A DNA stretch of 46,403 nucleotides from Octopus bimaculoides (Eukaryota), in assembly GCF_001194135.2 (NCBI RefSeq), contig NC_068982.1, positions 30,624,905 through 30,671,307 of the forward strand, read 5' to 3'. Below, in pieces: positions 12,069 to 23,959 of the stretch. The notes under the pieces were generated by a model. That model made no database searches and had not been told where the DNA came from. It saw nothing but the letters and a program-made list of their open reading frames with translations. The first letter of the stretch is position 1. Each line of letters begins with the position of its first letter. A program made the position numbers and the translations under genes.

Positions 12069-12569
12069 ATAATTAGAAAAATCCATGTGTTTATTAGTAA
12101 TAAATGTTCTTTTGGTGTAAACCATTCATCCACAAGTGTAATATCTTCAGATCTTTAATCAAGAAAGAAACCTTTTATTAACATTAGCCACACCTGATCC
12201 AACTATTGTGACCTATTCCACAAATATGTAGGGTATTTTTGATGTTAAGAAAAGAACTGTTTTAGTCATATGTATGACAGTAAGTATGTCACGCAATATC
12301 TAGAATAAATGACCTGGTGGTGTAGAGTTCTTAATTAGGATACAAAGAAGATTATGTATATATATAGGATTGATTGAATTATTAATTTTCATATGAGAAA
12401 ATATTTTTTCCAATTAATAAAAAGGTAGTTTTTAAATTACAACTCTTAGAGTTTTTTTTAGACATTGATTGTCAAATCTGTACCCACAAAATAACAATCT
12501 AAACCAATTTGAGAGATAATATGGCATCTACCAGGGTAACTTATCCCTTTCACATATATAGATATATAT

Positions 12570-12800
12570 TTTTTTTTATTCCCCACAGGGGGCTAAACAT
12601 AGAGGGGACAAACAAGGACAGACAAAGGGATTAAGTCGACTACATTTATCCCAGTGTGTAACTGGTACTTATTTAATCGATTAATCGCCCCCCCCCCAAA
12701 AGGATGAAAGCCAAAGCCTACCTTGGTGAAATTTGAACTCAGAACAGCAGACGAATACCACTAAGCATTTCACCCACCATGTATGCCAGCTCACCTCCCT
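12570..12800 (-). mobile_element. SINE family B (long-tail variant)
   Basis: Reverse complement of the family B head/core (atttgaactcagaac, ggatgaaag, actggtacttattt) plus a gggattaagtcgac...gctaaacatagaggggacaaac tail. Confidence 0.8.
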
Positions 12801-13252
12801 TATATAAAAATATATGTNNNNNNNNNNNNNNNNNNNNNNNNNNNNNNNNNNNNNAAAAATAAAATCGATTCAAAATAAATCAATCGAAAATCAATTCTAT
12901 TCAAAAATATAGTTAATCTTCAGATCAAAACAATAATATTAATAATAAAATGAATGTATATATAGATCAACTATCAATAAATAACAGATGAATTTGTATA
13001 AAAATACTTATTTTACCAATAAATAAAAGAAAAACATTTAACAATATTACTGAAAATAAATGCAATACTTATCTTATCGAAGCTTTAGTTTAAACTAGAA
13101 TTTTAAACGTTATACTATTAACTTAGCGTTTATTAGAATTAAGTCGCGTGAAAATATGATGTAAAGAAAAGTAATAGAATAAAGAGATATATAACCATGA
13201 ATGAAAGTTTTATTTATAAAATCATGAACAAAAATTTTATTTATAAAATAAA

Positions 13253-13615
13253 ACCAACCACATGGTTCTGAGTTCAGTCCCATTGCATGGCACCTTGGGC
13301 AAGTGTCTTCTACTATAGCCTCGGGCCGACCAAAGCCTTGTGAGTGGATTTGGTAGACGGAAAACTGAAAGAAGCCCGTTGTATATATGTATATATATAT
13401 ATGTATGTTTGTGTGTCTGTGTTTGTCCCCCCCAGCTTCGCTTGACGACCGATGCTGGTGTGTTTGCGTCCCCGTAACTTGGCGGTTCGCAAAAAGAGAC
13501 CGATAGAATAAGTACTAGGCTTACAAAGAATAAGTCCTGGGGTCGAGTTGCTCGACTAAAGGCGGTGCTCCAGCATGGCTGCAGTCAAATGACTGAAACG
13601 AGTAAAAGAGTAAAA
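13253..13615 (+). mobile_element. SINE family A, young 5'-truncated copy
   Basis: Many CpGs retained (ctcgggccgacc, cccgtaacttggcggttcgc, ggggtcgagttgctcgac); complete 3' tail. Confidence 0.9.
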
Positions 13616-14933
13616 TCAAAATGTATTATAGCTTAAATCATAATAAAAAAAAATTAACTGTATTATAAACATTTTCTGGAAATTTTAAAATCTAAGTAAT
13701 TTTAGAGTTTAAAGAATTAAGACTAAAGTACATAAATTATATAATATATATCAAAGATGCTAAAATACTATAAATTAATATATTTACATTAAAATATGTA
13801 CTTACACGCATATTATATTTACATGTGTAAATGTATGTATATTATATATGTATTTTTGCATATGCATATGCATGTAGCAGTTAACTTTGCAGCCATGAAG
13901 CCTTGAGTTTGATTCCACTGCCTGGCATCTTTTGAGCAAATGTCAATTTCTACACACTTGGGTCTCACCCATATATTGTGAGCAAAACCAGGTAAACAGA
14001 AATGATACAGGGACCCATCAACTGGAAAATACCTATATTTCAAAGTTACAGCTTTGTCACAAACACATTCTTCCACATTCATTCTGCCTGAGAATATTAT
14101 TAATGGTACACTTGTCTTGGAATATTCAGCCATCTATCCACTAATATCTGACAATCAATTTCAACATAATCTGTATATTTCTTACTGCCTACCTTTCATT
14201 TTACTTTATTTTCCTTTATTTTCATTTGTCTCAAATCACAGCAGTGTTCATAATTCTGAATATAGTTCTAATTTCAATGTCATTCTTTGTTCCCAATTTT
14301 TCCAGTCTTTTCTCTGAATCAGTCATATAGTTTCCTTTACCTGTTAGCTATTATTTTCTCAGCAGATTGCCTTGTCAATGATACAGACAAGTGCACATCT
14401 ACAGACTATTAAAGCAAGAAGCCAAATTAAATTAGTTTTAAAAGATCACTGATCTCAGCACATTCCAAATGACTAACTTAGCAAATATATATATTATCAA
14501 TAGATTATTTGAATACATATCAAAAAAAAAAAAAACACTCCTGAAAGGCAACATTGAGAAATGCAACAAACACCAACTATGCAAGTGAAATAGCTAAACT
14601 AATGAAAGCTAGCAGAAGCAAAAAAGTAAAATGCAAAATACCAATATGAATACAATAAAAGTACCCCAAAAACAATGAAACAGAAATAATTAAGAGCTAA
14701 GCTCCCCACCTCAGTGAGAAGAAAAGAGAATATTAGAATTGGCAATCCTTCCTATCCAGCTGTTACAGAAATACAAATGGCAGAGAAAATGATTAGAAAC
14801 ACCTATGATTTCTTGATTAGTGTCATACTACTTTATATTACTCTAATGACATATCCACAGATCAAAGCAATAAATAAACAGTTTCTATTAACATACAGTT
14901 ATCATTTGCTCAGATTATTAACCCTATCTTATG

Positions 14934-15107
14934 ATGGCAAGCTGGCAGAATCTTAACAAAAAATGCTTGGCAACATTTCTTCTCTGCTTTACATTCTGAG
15001 TTAAAATTCCATCATGATCAACTTAGCTTTTCATCCTTTTGTGGGTTGATGAAATAAGTACCAGTTGAGCACTTCCAAGCCTTGTGCCCTTAGTAGAAAG
15101 AATTATT
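14934..15107 (+). mobile_element. SINE family B
   Basis: ggcaagctggcagaatc...ttctgagttaaaattcc...ttcatccttttgtgggttgatgaaataagtaccag...agtagaaagaattatt. Confidence 0.75.
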
Positions 15108-15258
15108 ATCCCTCTCTTAAAAATGAAAACGTTTTTCCCTTTTTTGTTAATGTTTGCCTCAGCAGTACGTTACTAAAACTGAATGATAGATAAAATTAGC
15201 ATGGCCCCTGCACAACAATAATATGTAAGTTCATGAACCATTCATATTATTTCAAGTA

Positions 15259-15620
15259 TAGGCACAGGAGTGGCTGTGTGCTTCCCAACCACTGTGGGGC
15301 TGTGTGCTCCAGTCCCAGTGTGTGGCACCTTGGGTAAGTATCCTCTGCTATAGCCTTGGGCTGACCAAAGCCTTGTGAGTAGATTTGGTAGACGGAAACT
15401 GAAAGAAGCTCATCATGTGTGTGTGTGTGTGTGTGTGTGCTTGTTCCCCACCATCGCTTGACAACTGGTGTTGGTGTTCTTACATCTCCGAAATTTAGCA
15501 GTTCAGCAAAAGAGAATAAAGGAATAAATACCAAGTAAAAAAAAAAAAATAATAACAACATAAAGGCGGTGCTCCAGCATGGCCGCAGTCTGATGACTGC
15601 AACAAGTAAAAGAATAAAAT
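15259..15620 (+). mobile_element. SINE family A, full length
   Basis: ggcacaggagtggctgtgtg head, ccttgggtaag core, internal (TG)n, tail ggcggtgctccagcatggccgcagtc...aaaagaataaaa. Confidence 0.85.
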
Positions 15621-15623
15621 AAT

Positions 15624-15985
15624 CGGGATGGCACCTGTGCCCAGCGTCGCCTTTCTGGCACTTGTACCCGTGGCATGTATAAATGGACTTTTGAGCGAGA
15701 TCGTTGCCAGTGCCCCTGGACTGGCTCTTGTGCGGGTGGCACATAAAATACACCATTTGAGCGTGGCCGTTGCCAGTACCGCCTGGCTGGCCTCGTGCGG
15801 GTGGCACGTAAAAGCACCCACTACACTCTCAGAGTGGTTGGCGTTAGGAAGGGCATCCAGCTGTAGAAACTCTGCCAAATCAGATTGGAGCCTGGTGTAG
15901 CCATCCGGTTTCACCAGTCCTCAGTCAAATCGTCTAACCCATGCTAGCATGAAAAGCGGACATTAAACAATGATGATGATGATGA
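15624..15985 (+). mobile_element. SINE-like family C, longest copy, with internal ~65-bp tandem repeat
   Basis: GC-rich with CpGs intact; contains ggttggcgttaggaagggcatccagctgtagaaa (resembles, from memory, the MetaSINE domain); ends aaagcggacattaaacaatgatgatgatgatg. Confidence 0.85.
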
Positions 15986-16145
15986 AGGGGAGTCAGAAAG
16001 TAAAGCAATTTTTATTTGCATTCCGTTTTGTTTTACCCTTGTACTTAATACTTTGATAAAATGGATCTTTGATCATCATCAGAAAGCAATCCAATTCAGA
16101 CTGCTCCAGAATGGATTCAAACTAGTTCAAGTTAATAGTTGTAAT

Positions 16146-16302
16146 CAAGGGTAGACTGAAAGTATTAAGGGCCCTTGGGCATAACAGTTCACCGGGCCCC
16201 TAAGCATTGATATCAAAGAGAGTTAACATGTTGAGTGTGGGCTCCTCAGAGCTCCAGGCTCTTGCGCAGTGCCTGATTGACTGATGGCTCAGTCTACTCC
16301 TG
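16146..16302. mobile_element. 157-bp hAT-type MITE
   Basis: 14-bp TIRs caagggtagactga / tcagtctactcctg (2 mismatches); perfect 8-bp TSD gttgtaat at 16138-16145 and 16303-16310. Confidence 0.85.
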
Positions 16303-16320
16303 GTTGTAATAGATGCAAGA

Positions 16321-16666
16321 AGGTTGTATGGTTAAGAAGCTCACTTTACTAGTCTGTAGTCTTGGGTTCAGTTCCACTGTGCAGCACCTTGGGCAAGTGT
16401 TTTCTGTTATTGCTCTAGGTCAACCAATGCTTTCTGAGTGGATTTGGTGAATGGAAACTTTGTGGAAGCCCATAAAAAGTACCCAGTATACTCTGCTAAG
16501 AGGTTGGTGTTAGGAAGGGCATCTGGCCACAGAAACAATGTCAAAACAGAGAATTGGAGCCTGGTGTAGCTCCTGTCAAACCGTCCTACCCATGCCAGCA
16601 TGGAAAATGGACCTTAAATGATGATGTAGATAGATAGCTAAACAGACATAGATAGATATGTATAGA

Positions 16667-16701
<35 letters not shown>

Positions 16702-16935
16702 ACGCGCGCGTGTGTGTGTGTGCGCACGCGTGTGTGTGTGTGTGTGTGTGTAGGTCTTGTTCGTGTTTGTCCTACCTCACTGTTTGACAACTGATGTTGG
16801 TTTGCTTACAGCCCCAAAACTTAGTGGTTCGGCAAAAGACACTGGTAGAATGAGTACCAGACAAATATAAATATTGGGGGTTTATTTGTTCAAGTAAACC
16901 CTTCAAGATAATACCCCAGCATGGGCTCAGTCCAG
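16321..16935 (+). mobile_element. SINE family A interrupted by a family C copy (16474-16626) and microsatellite
   Basis: Family A head/core at 16321-16473, family C 3' part ending atgatgatg, (GATA)/(TG)/(CG) tract, then the family A 3' half from ~16752. Confidence 0.7.
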
Positions 16936-17649
16936 TCTTTTTGTATGCCAGATTTTACTTTGTCCATTAAAGAGGGATTTGAAGGGTATTTAGCAGCTAT
17001 TTCTAGCAAGTTGAGCAACTGCATAAAGACTTTTAATAAGGGTGCTCAAGTAGGCAAGATACAATTGACTGCTGTGAGATATAAGAGCAAAGTGAAGTTA
17101 AGATAGAAATCATTGGCTGCCAATATTGAGTTCAGTTCTTCAGACAGGTAAAACTATTTGCAATAGATCAATATCCTAACTTTACAACTGCAGCTATGGT
17201 TTTTTTCCAGGCAAATATTTCCAATGGTAACACCTCCATGTGATATATTTATCTGATATAGACAAATGCAAAGCACACATACACATGAGAATTATTCCAA
17301 AATTAGTTTCCAAGCCAAAATAGCAATTAAGAAAGACTAATCAGCTTGAAGATAAGGATAAAGGAATGAGAGAATCAGTAGAGCATCAGATAACATTCCT
17401 CGTGGTGTTTCTTTTGAGTTTACATAAGAGTTCAAATCTTGTTGAAGTCAATGATGCCTTTTATCTTTCCAAGGTTAATAAAATAAACGACCAGTTAAAT
17501 ACTTGGGTTCATTTAATCAACTGCCAATTTGTACCAACATGCTATGGACTAGCGTGGTACAGTAGACCCTTAAACTCCACCAAACTGTGGAGGTCTGATG
17601 ACTGGTCATGTTACTTAATGGCTGAAATATGCTGCTGTTGTATCAACCA

Positions 17650-17830
17650 GAAACTGGACAAAATACTTAGCGGCAAATCTTTATGTTCTGAGTTCAAATT
17701 CTACTGAGGTTGACTTTGGCTTTCATCCTTTTGGGGTCGATAAAATAAGTACCAGTTGAACACTGGGGTCGATGTAATTGACTTAGCCCCTTTCCTGTAA
17801 TTGTTAACCTTGTTCCAATCTTTGAAACCA
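17650..17830 (+). mobile_element. SINE family B
   Basis: atgttctgagttcaaattctactgaggttgactttggctttcatccttttggggtcgataaaataagtaccagttgaacactggggtcgatgtaattgactt. Confidence 0.85.
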
Positions 17831-18339
17831 ATACTGTCTACCTGTAAAACTATATTATTACAAACACAGAAAATTCTGGTATTCATTTACACCTAATCAT
17901 TCACTCACCTTGTGTCTGTTTGCCTATCTCTGCCCCCCCCTCTCTCTCTCTCTCTCCATCTCTTTAAAAGTAGACCCCATTAAAAGATTAAAATGGAAAT
18001 ACAGAAGAAAATGAAAGACCATTTCAGCAATACTTTGATTAAATCTATTTTGTAATCTCCATAATAAACAACAAAAACAACAACGTTTCCCTGCACACAA
18101 CACAACCAAACAGTTTATTTATTAATATACAATATGGTCTTAGATGAAACTAAAGAATAGCAAAGCCATTCAACTGGACTGCTAAACATTTAATTAGCTC
18201 ACTGCATAGCATAGATCTATTTGAGCAGAATTGATTAAGGTAACCAAATAACACTCTGAGCAACAAAATATTCACCATTCTTTGTAGCTACCAATATTTT
18301 CAATATTCTTTACAATCTTCACTACTATCCATCATTCTC

Positions 18340-18660
18340 AAGAATATTAGCTATTTTCTCAGTAAATGCAGAACTATTGGCAGATTATTTGGTTAAAGAA
18401 CTACCAAACATTTTTTCACCATAAACAAATATTTGTTAATTATTATTCTACTCATTTTCTGGTTTCTGATATTTCTACTTGTTTATTCATAGAATGGCAT
18501 CAAGACAGTAATAAAAGTAAATTAAAAAAATTGATATTCAAACAAAAATTGACATATTTTGGTCATATTTACTGCTAGTCATTTGATAGTCTTGAGCAAA
18601 CCGTTGTGTTTGGTATTATTCAGGACAAGCAGGGCAATGAAATGGGAAGAATCATTAGAG
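18340..18660 (+). mobile_element. RTE-type LINE 3' fragment
   Basis: Translates KQKLTYFGHI...DSLEQTVVFGII, matching the RTE KLxYFGHIxR...LEK motif; stops and frameshifts present. Confidence 0.45.
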
Positions 18661-18669
18661 CATTGGAAA

Positions 18670-18810
18670 AACTGCATTGAAGTATTCGTTCTAGCTCTTT
18701 ATGTTCTGAGTTCAAATCCTGCCAAGGTCAACCTCGCTTTTCATCCTTTTAGAGCTGACAAAAAAAAAAGAGCACCAGTGAAGTAAAAGGGGACAATGGC
18801 ATTGATTAGA
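18670..18810 (+). mobile_element. SINE family B
   Basis: atgttctgagttcaaatcctgccaaggtcaacctcgcttttcatccttttagag. Confidence 0.7.
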
Positions 18811-19023
18811 AACGATTATGTTGGGCTTGCATCAATATGAGAGATTGTGTTGGCAGGAAGCTGATGATGTGGAACAATAGATGGCTTATTTACATCTATC
18901 AATCCTGCTGAAAACTGCCCAGATCTCACCATAGTAATAAGCACTTGCACAGAACTCAACATCAACCTGATGGCACAAAAAGATCCAACAAGAACATTTC
19001 TATAATCTGATTCATTGACGACG

Positions 19024-19024
<1 letters not shown>

Positions 19025-19054
<30 letters not shown>

Positions 19055-19113
19055 CTTCTTCTTCTTCTTCTTTTCCTCCTCCTCCTCCTCCTCCTCCTCC
19101 TCCGCCGCCACCA
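19025..19113. repeat. (CTT)n-(CCT)n trinucleotide array
   Basis: Direct reading; source of the poly-E/G/S/P pseudo-ORFs. Confidence 0.95.
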
Positions 19114-19215
19114 TATGGTGGAAAGAATACCATATTTTACATAAAACATGAACACATGCACGTACACATAGACACACACACACACATGAGGTCTTTCAAA
19201 AATAAAAGAAAGACA

Positions 19216-19400
19216 ATTTTTTACAGCTGGATGCCCTTCCTAACACCAACCACTCAGCAGAGTGGACTGAGTGCTTTTGACATGACATAAACACAGGCGT
19301 GGTCAGTTTTGGCAAGGTTTTTACAGCTAGATGCCCTTCCAAACCACTTTACAGTGCGGATAGAATGCTTTTTATATGAAACCAGCACTGGCAGAGTCAC
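19216..19400 (-). mobile_element. SINE-like family C fragments
   Basis: Two partial copies of tttacagct(g/a)gatgcccttcc. Confidence 0.6.
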
Positions 19401-20065
19401 CAAATAACTTGTAAGACAAAGAACCTTTAAGAGGGGAGAGGGAATTGGCGAAGGTGATCTTGTGTTGGATGATGAAAGCTAATGGTGAGACATAGAGACA
19501 AAAACAGATGTCTTACTGTAGCGGTGGTATATGACAATGACCCCATTGTGAAAATGTATGTTGTGATTAATGAAAATTATTGTCTAACTCACTGTGATGT
19601 TTCCCCTGGAAGTGGGAATTTGTAAATAGTCGTGCCACTTGATTTTAAAAGAAAAATTGAAGAGGCGTCATGTCAATGCAGAATTTATGCTCCATCTACC
19701 TACTGATGAAGGAAAAGAAACTGAATAAAATTACAGTCAATTGGTCAAGAGGCATTGGATCATTGGAATGCTGCTGAAAAGGCAATGCCATTGCAGTTAG
19801 TAGGATCAGCATCGCCTACACCATTGCCGTTGTCATCATCATCATCATCACCATGACTGCAACCACCACAACTACTATGACCATCAGGACACCATGACCA
19901 CCAAGACCACCATGAACATCAACAACAACAACAACAAGTACTCATCATCATCATCATCATCATCATTGTTTTACTGTTTACTTTTTCTATGCCAGAATGA
20001 GGACAGAAACAGGTGTGTTGTTGTAGAGGAGATATATGGTTCCCCAGTCAGAGGGAGAGAGCAAG

Positions 20066-20102
<37 letters not shown>

Positions 20103-20496
20103 NNNNNNNNNNNNNNNNNNNNNNNNNNNNNNNNNNNNNNNNNNNNNNNNNNNNNNNNNNNNNCAACAACAACAACAACAAAACAAAATAAAAAGAAATA
20201 GTTATGAAACTTGTCCTTTAACATCACATGCTCCTTTTTCTGAAGCAACTTATTCTTTCGGACTAGCAAAATTACTGAATCCTTAAATAACCAGCTTTTA
20301 ATTACATTTTTCCCCACTATTATAATTTGTATTTTCTAAATTCACCATCTAATTGGGAGCTGAATTAGCAGTTATTGGTACTTTAATTCAATTCCTCAGT
20401 ACGCTTTGTAATATTTCTGCTGACACAAATAAGTCAGAATTTCATGTTGGAAAACCTCAAGAAATACATACATACATACATGCATACATACATACA

Positions 20497-20528
<32 letters not shown>

Positions 20529-21427
20529 CACATTCATATATATATATAAGTATATACTTACATATATACATACACATACACACATATATACATATATATG
20601 TACACATATANNNNNNNNNNNNNNNNNNNNNNNNNNNNNNNNNNNNNNNNNNNNNNNNNNNNNNNNNNNNNNNNNNNNNNNNNNNNNNNNNNNNNNNNNN
20701 NNNNNNNNNNNNNNNNNNNNNNNNNNNNNNNNNNNNNNNNNNNNNNNNNNNNNNNNNNNNNNNNNNNNNNNNNNNNNNNNNNNNNNNNNNNNNNNNNNNN
20801 NNNNNNNNNNNNNNNNNNNNNNNNNNNNNNNNNNNNNNNNNNNNNNNNNNTATATATATATACATATATATATATACATATTCATATATTGTATATCTCT
20901 TTCTCAGAGATTTAAAGCGAGTTGTTTTTCTCTATACACACACACATAAATACATATACATACATATATATGTGTGAGTGTGTGTGTGTGTGTGTGTGTA
21001 TGTGGTTGTGTATGTGTATTTGCAAATTTCCTACAGGTTTTTAATCAAAACCATTCAATTAAAATTTGAAATAATTATCAAAATTTGGAGAAAGCAGTAA
21101 TTAATATACATTGGACAGAAAGGCTATAAAACAGATGGTGCATTGAGTTTCTTGTACTTGTTCCCCACAGTAATTAAAGCAATAATTCTATTTCAAACAT
21201 GGCAGACTACTGAATTACAATTAAATGCTCAATACCGATACAATTTTATATAGCCTCTACATTTTTCATTTTGGTTTGAAGACAATATTGATTGTTTTAA
21301 TTAATTACAATAGATCACGTTTTTTATTATTATCTCTAAAAATAATCTTTGCTTTTGGTTCATGGAACTGACCCACAGCACTTTGCAGAATACATCAAGT
21401 AACTGTAGTTAATATATTAAGCACTAA

Positions 21428-21770
21428 ATGTGGCAAGCTGGCAGAGTCGTTAACAGACCAGGCGAAATGCTTAGCAGTGTTTCATCATCATCATCGTTTA
21501 ACGTCCGCTTTCCATGCTAGCATGGGTTGGACGATTTGACTGAGGACTGGTGAAACTGGATGGCAACACCAGGCTCCAATCTAATTTGGCAGAGTTTCTA
21601 CAGCTGGATGCCCTTCCTAATGCCAACCACTCAGTTTTTGCATTCTGAGTTCAACTTTACCTTTTATCCTTTTGGGGTCGATGAAGTACCAGTGAAACAC
21701 CGGAGTCAATGTAATCGATTAGTCCTCTCCCTACAAATTTCAGGCCTTGTACCTTTATTAGAAGGGATTA
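21428..21770 (+). mobile_element. SINE family B interrupted by antisense family C (21483-21632)
   Basis: The B head atgtggcaagctggcagagtcgttaac...gcttagcagtgttt stops at 21482; the C copy runs to ccactc; B resumes agtttttgcattctgagttc. Confidence 0.85.
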
Positions 21771-22115
21771 TTAATATTGTTGTATTTTGGGATGGTCATT
21801 TTTTTTCTTTTTGCTAAATAAACACACACACTATATATTTGTTTCTCACTTGCTTATTAATGTTCTTATTTTTAAAATTCTTATTTTAACTCATGTCCAT
21901 TGTTTGGAACATCTTAGAAGAACAGAATGGTGTAATTGGAGTAAGAGCAAATGCAAAAATGAAAATTGTCACTGAAGATGCCACAGATGTGTGATGAAAG
22001 ATTGCTGGACAATGGACATGAATTAAAATAAAAAACAAAATAAGAACAATAATAAACGAATAAAGAACAGATATAGAGTGCATGTGTTTATTTGGCAAAA
22101 AAAAAAAAAATTATC

Positions 22116-22250
22116 AAGAGTGGCTGTGTGGTAAGATACTTGCTTCCCAACCACATACTTCCGGGTTCAGTCCCACTGCATGGCACCTTGGGCAAGTGTC
22201 TTCTACTATAGCCTCGGGACGACCAAAGCCTTGTGAGTGGATTTGTTAGA
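22116..22250 (+). mobile_element. SINE family A 5' half (cut by gap)
   Basis: gagtggctgtgtggtaag...ggcaccttgggcaagtgtcttctactatagcctcgggacgaccaaagcc. Confidence 0.9.
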
Positions 22251-22855
22251 NNNNNNNNNNNNNNNNNNNNNNNNNNNNNNNNNNNNNNNNNNNNNNNNNN
22301 NNNNNNNNNNNNNNNNNNNNNNNNNNNNNNNNNNNNNNNNNNNNNNNNNNNNNNNNNNNNNNNNNNNNNNNNNNNNNNNNNNNNNNNNNNNNNNNNNNNN
22401 NNNNNNNNNNNNNNNNNNNNNNNNNNNNNNNNNNNNNNNNNNNNNNNNNNNNNNNNNNNNNNNNNNNNNNNNNNNNNNNNNNNNNNNNNNNNNNNNNNNN
22501 NNNNNNNNNNNNNNNNNNNNNNNNNNNNNNNNNNNNNNNNNNNNNNNNNNNNNNNNNNNNNNNNNNNNNNNNNNNNNNNNNNNNNNNNNNNNNNNNNNNN
22601 NNNNNNNNNNNNNNNNNNNNNNNNNNNNNNNNNNNNNNNNNNNNNNNNNNNNNNNNNNNNNNNNNNNNNNNNATATATATACAGCCATTAAGTATGTGGT
22701 GATATTTAATGGCACACCCATGCATGTGCCATTCTGTTGCTTGCATACAAAGTACAATACTGCATTGTAACAAAACATAGCATCAGATGTAAAAGATGTG
22801 CAAAACCTAGTTAAAAATAATGAGGTGAGCATGAATGCGTAATGTTAGTGTACAT

Positions 22856-22930
22856 CAGTGGTTCCCAAACTTTTGCAGGTAGCTGCCCCTTTGGTACTCA
22901 GGCCACATTCCTAGTACGTCCACCTCACTC
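22856..22930 (+). mobile_element. hAT-Charlie-type MITE 5' end
   Basis: cagtggttcccaaacttttg is a typical Charlie-type TIR; partner TIR not found. Confidence 0.45.
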
Positions 22931-23009
22931 ACCACCACAAATGTAGACCACTTTCTGCAACAATTTCAAAACAACTGCATTTCATAAATAAAAGTTAACT
23001 TAATCTATA

Positions 23010-23769
23010 GGCGTAGGAGTGGCTGCGTGGTAAGTGGTTTGCTTACGAACCACATGGTTCTGGGTTCAGTCCCACTGCATGGCACCTTGGGCAAATGTCT
23101 TCTACTATAGCTTCGGGCCGACCAAAGCCTTGTGAGTGGATTTGGTAGATGGAAACTGAAAGAAGCCCGTCGTATATATGTATATATATATATATATATA
23201 TNNNNNNNNNNNNNNNNNNNNNNNNNNNNNNNNNNNNNNNNNNNNNNNNNNNNNNNNNNNNNNNNNNNNNNNNNNNNNNNNNNNNNNNNNNNNNNNNNNN
23301 NNNNNNNNNNNNNNNNNNNNNNNNNNNNNNNNNNNNNNNNNNNNNNNNNNNNNNNNNNNNNNNNNNNNNNNNNNNNNNNNNNNNNNNNNNNNNNNNNNNN
23401 NNNNNNNNNNNNNNNNNNNNNNNNNNNNNNNNNNNNNNNNNNNNNNNNNNNNNNNNNNNNNNNNNNNNNNNNNNNNNNNNNNNNNNNNNNNNNNNNNNNN
23501 NNNNNNNNNNNNNNNNNNNNNNNNNNNNNNNNNNNNNNNNNNNNNNNNNNNNNNNNNNNNNNNNNNNNNNNNNNNNNNNNNNNNNNNNNNNNNNNNNNNN
23601 NNNNNNNNNNNNNNNNNNNNNNNNNNNNNNNNNNNNNNNNNNNNNNNNNNNNNNNNNNNNNNNNNNNNNNNNNNNNNNNNNNNNNNNNNNNNNNNNNNNN
23701 NNNNNNNNNNNNNNNNNNNNNNNNATGACCACAGTCAAATGACTGAAACAAGTAAAAGAGTGAAAGAGT
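23010..23769 (+). mobile_element. SINE family A spanning an N-gap
   Basis: Head/core at 23010-23175, (AT)n, gap 23202-23724, tail atgaccacagtcaaatgactgaaacaagtaaaagagt. Confidence 0.85.
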
Positions 23770-23959
23770 AATCAACCAATTATTTGTTTGTTTTCACATC
23801 CATTACCCACCTTTTGGCCATTCCATTATCGCCCCATTTTTCTTCAACACCACCCTGGAACTGTCTATTATCTTCAGGGGGGCAGTACAGCTCACTTTGG
23901 AAACCACTGCTGTACATGAACAGCAAGGCACAAATGGGCCAAGTATAGTTGGACATATG

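Noticed and set aside
15663-15819. Repeat units resembling a CRISPR or other array
   Set aside because: Units are contiguous without unique spacers, there are no cas genes, and the context is a eukaryotic SINE.
15247-15914. Overlapping 90-186 aa ORFs
   Set aside because: They lie entirely in GC-rich SINE families A and C, where stop codons are depleted.
19703-19721. CTGATGAaggaaaaGAAAC hammerhead-like string
   Set aside because: No stem II pairing and no convincing stems I or III.
21540-21556. CTGAGGA-ctggt-GAAAC within family C
   Set aside because: Only 5 unpaired nt separate the motifs and there is no stem III/NUH; likely coincidence.
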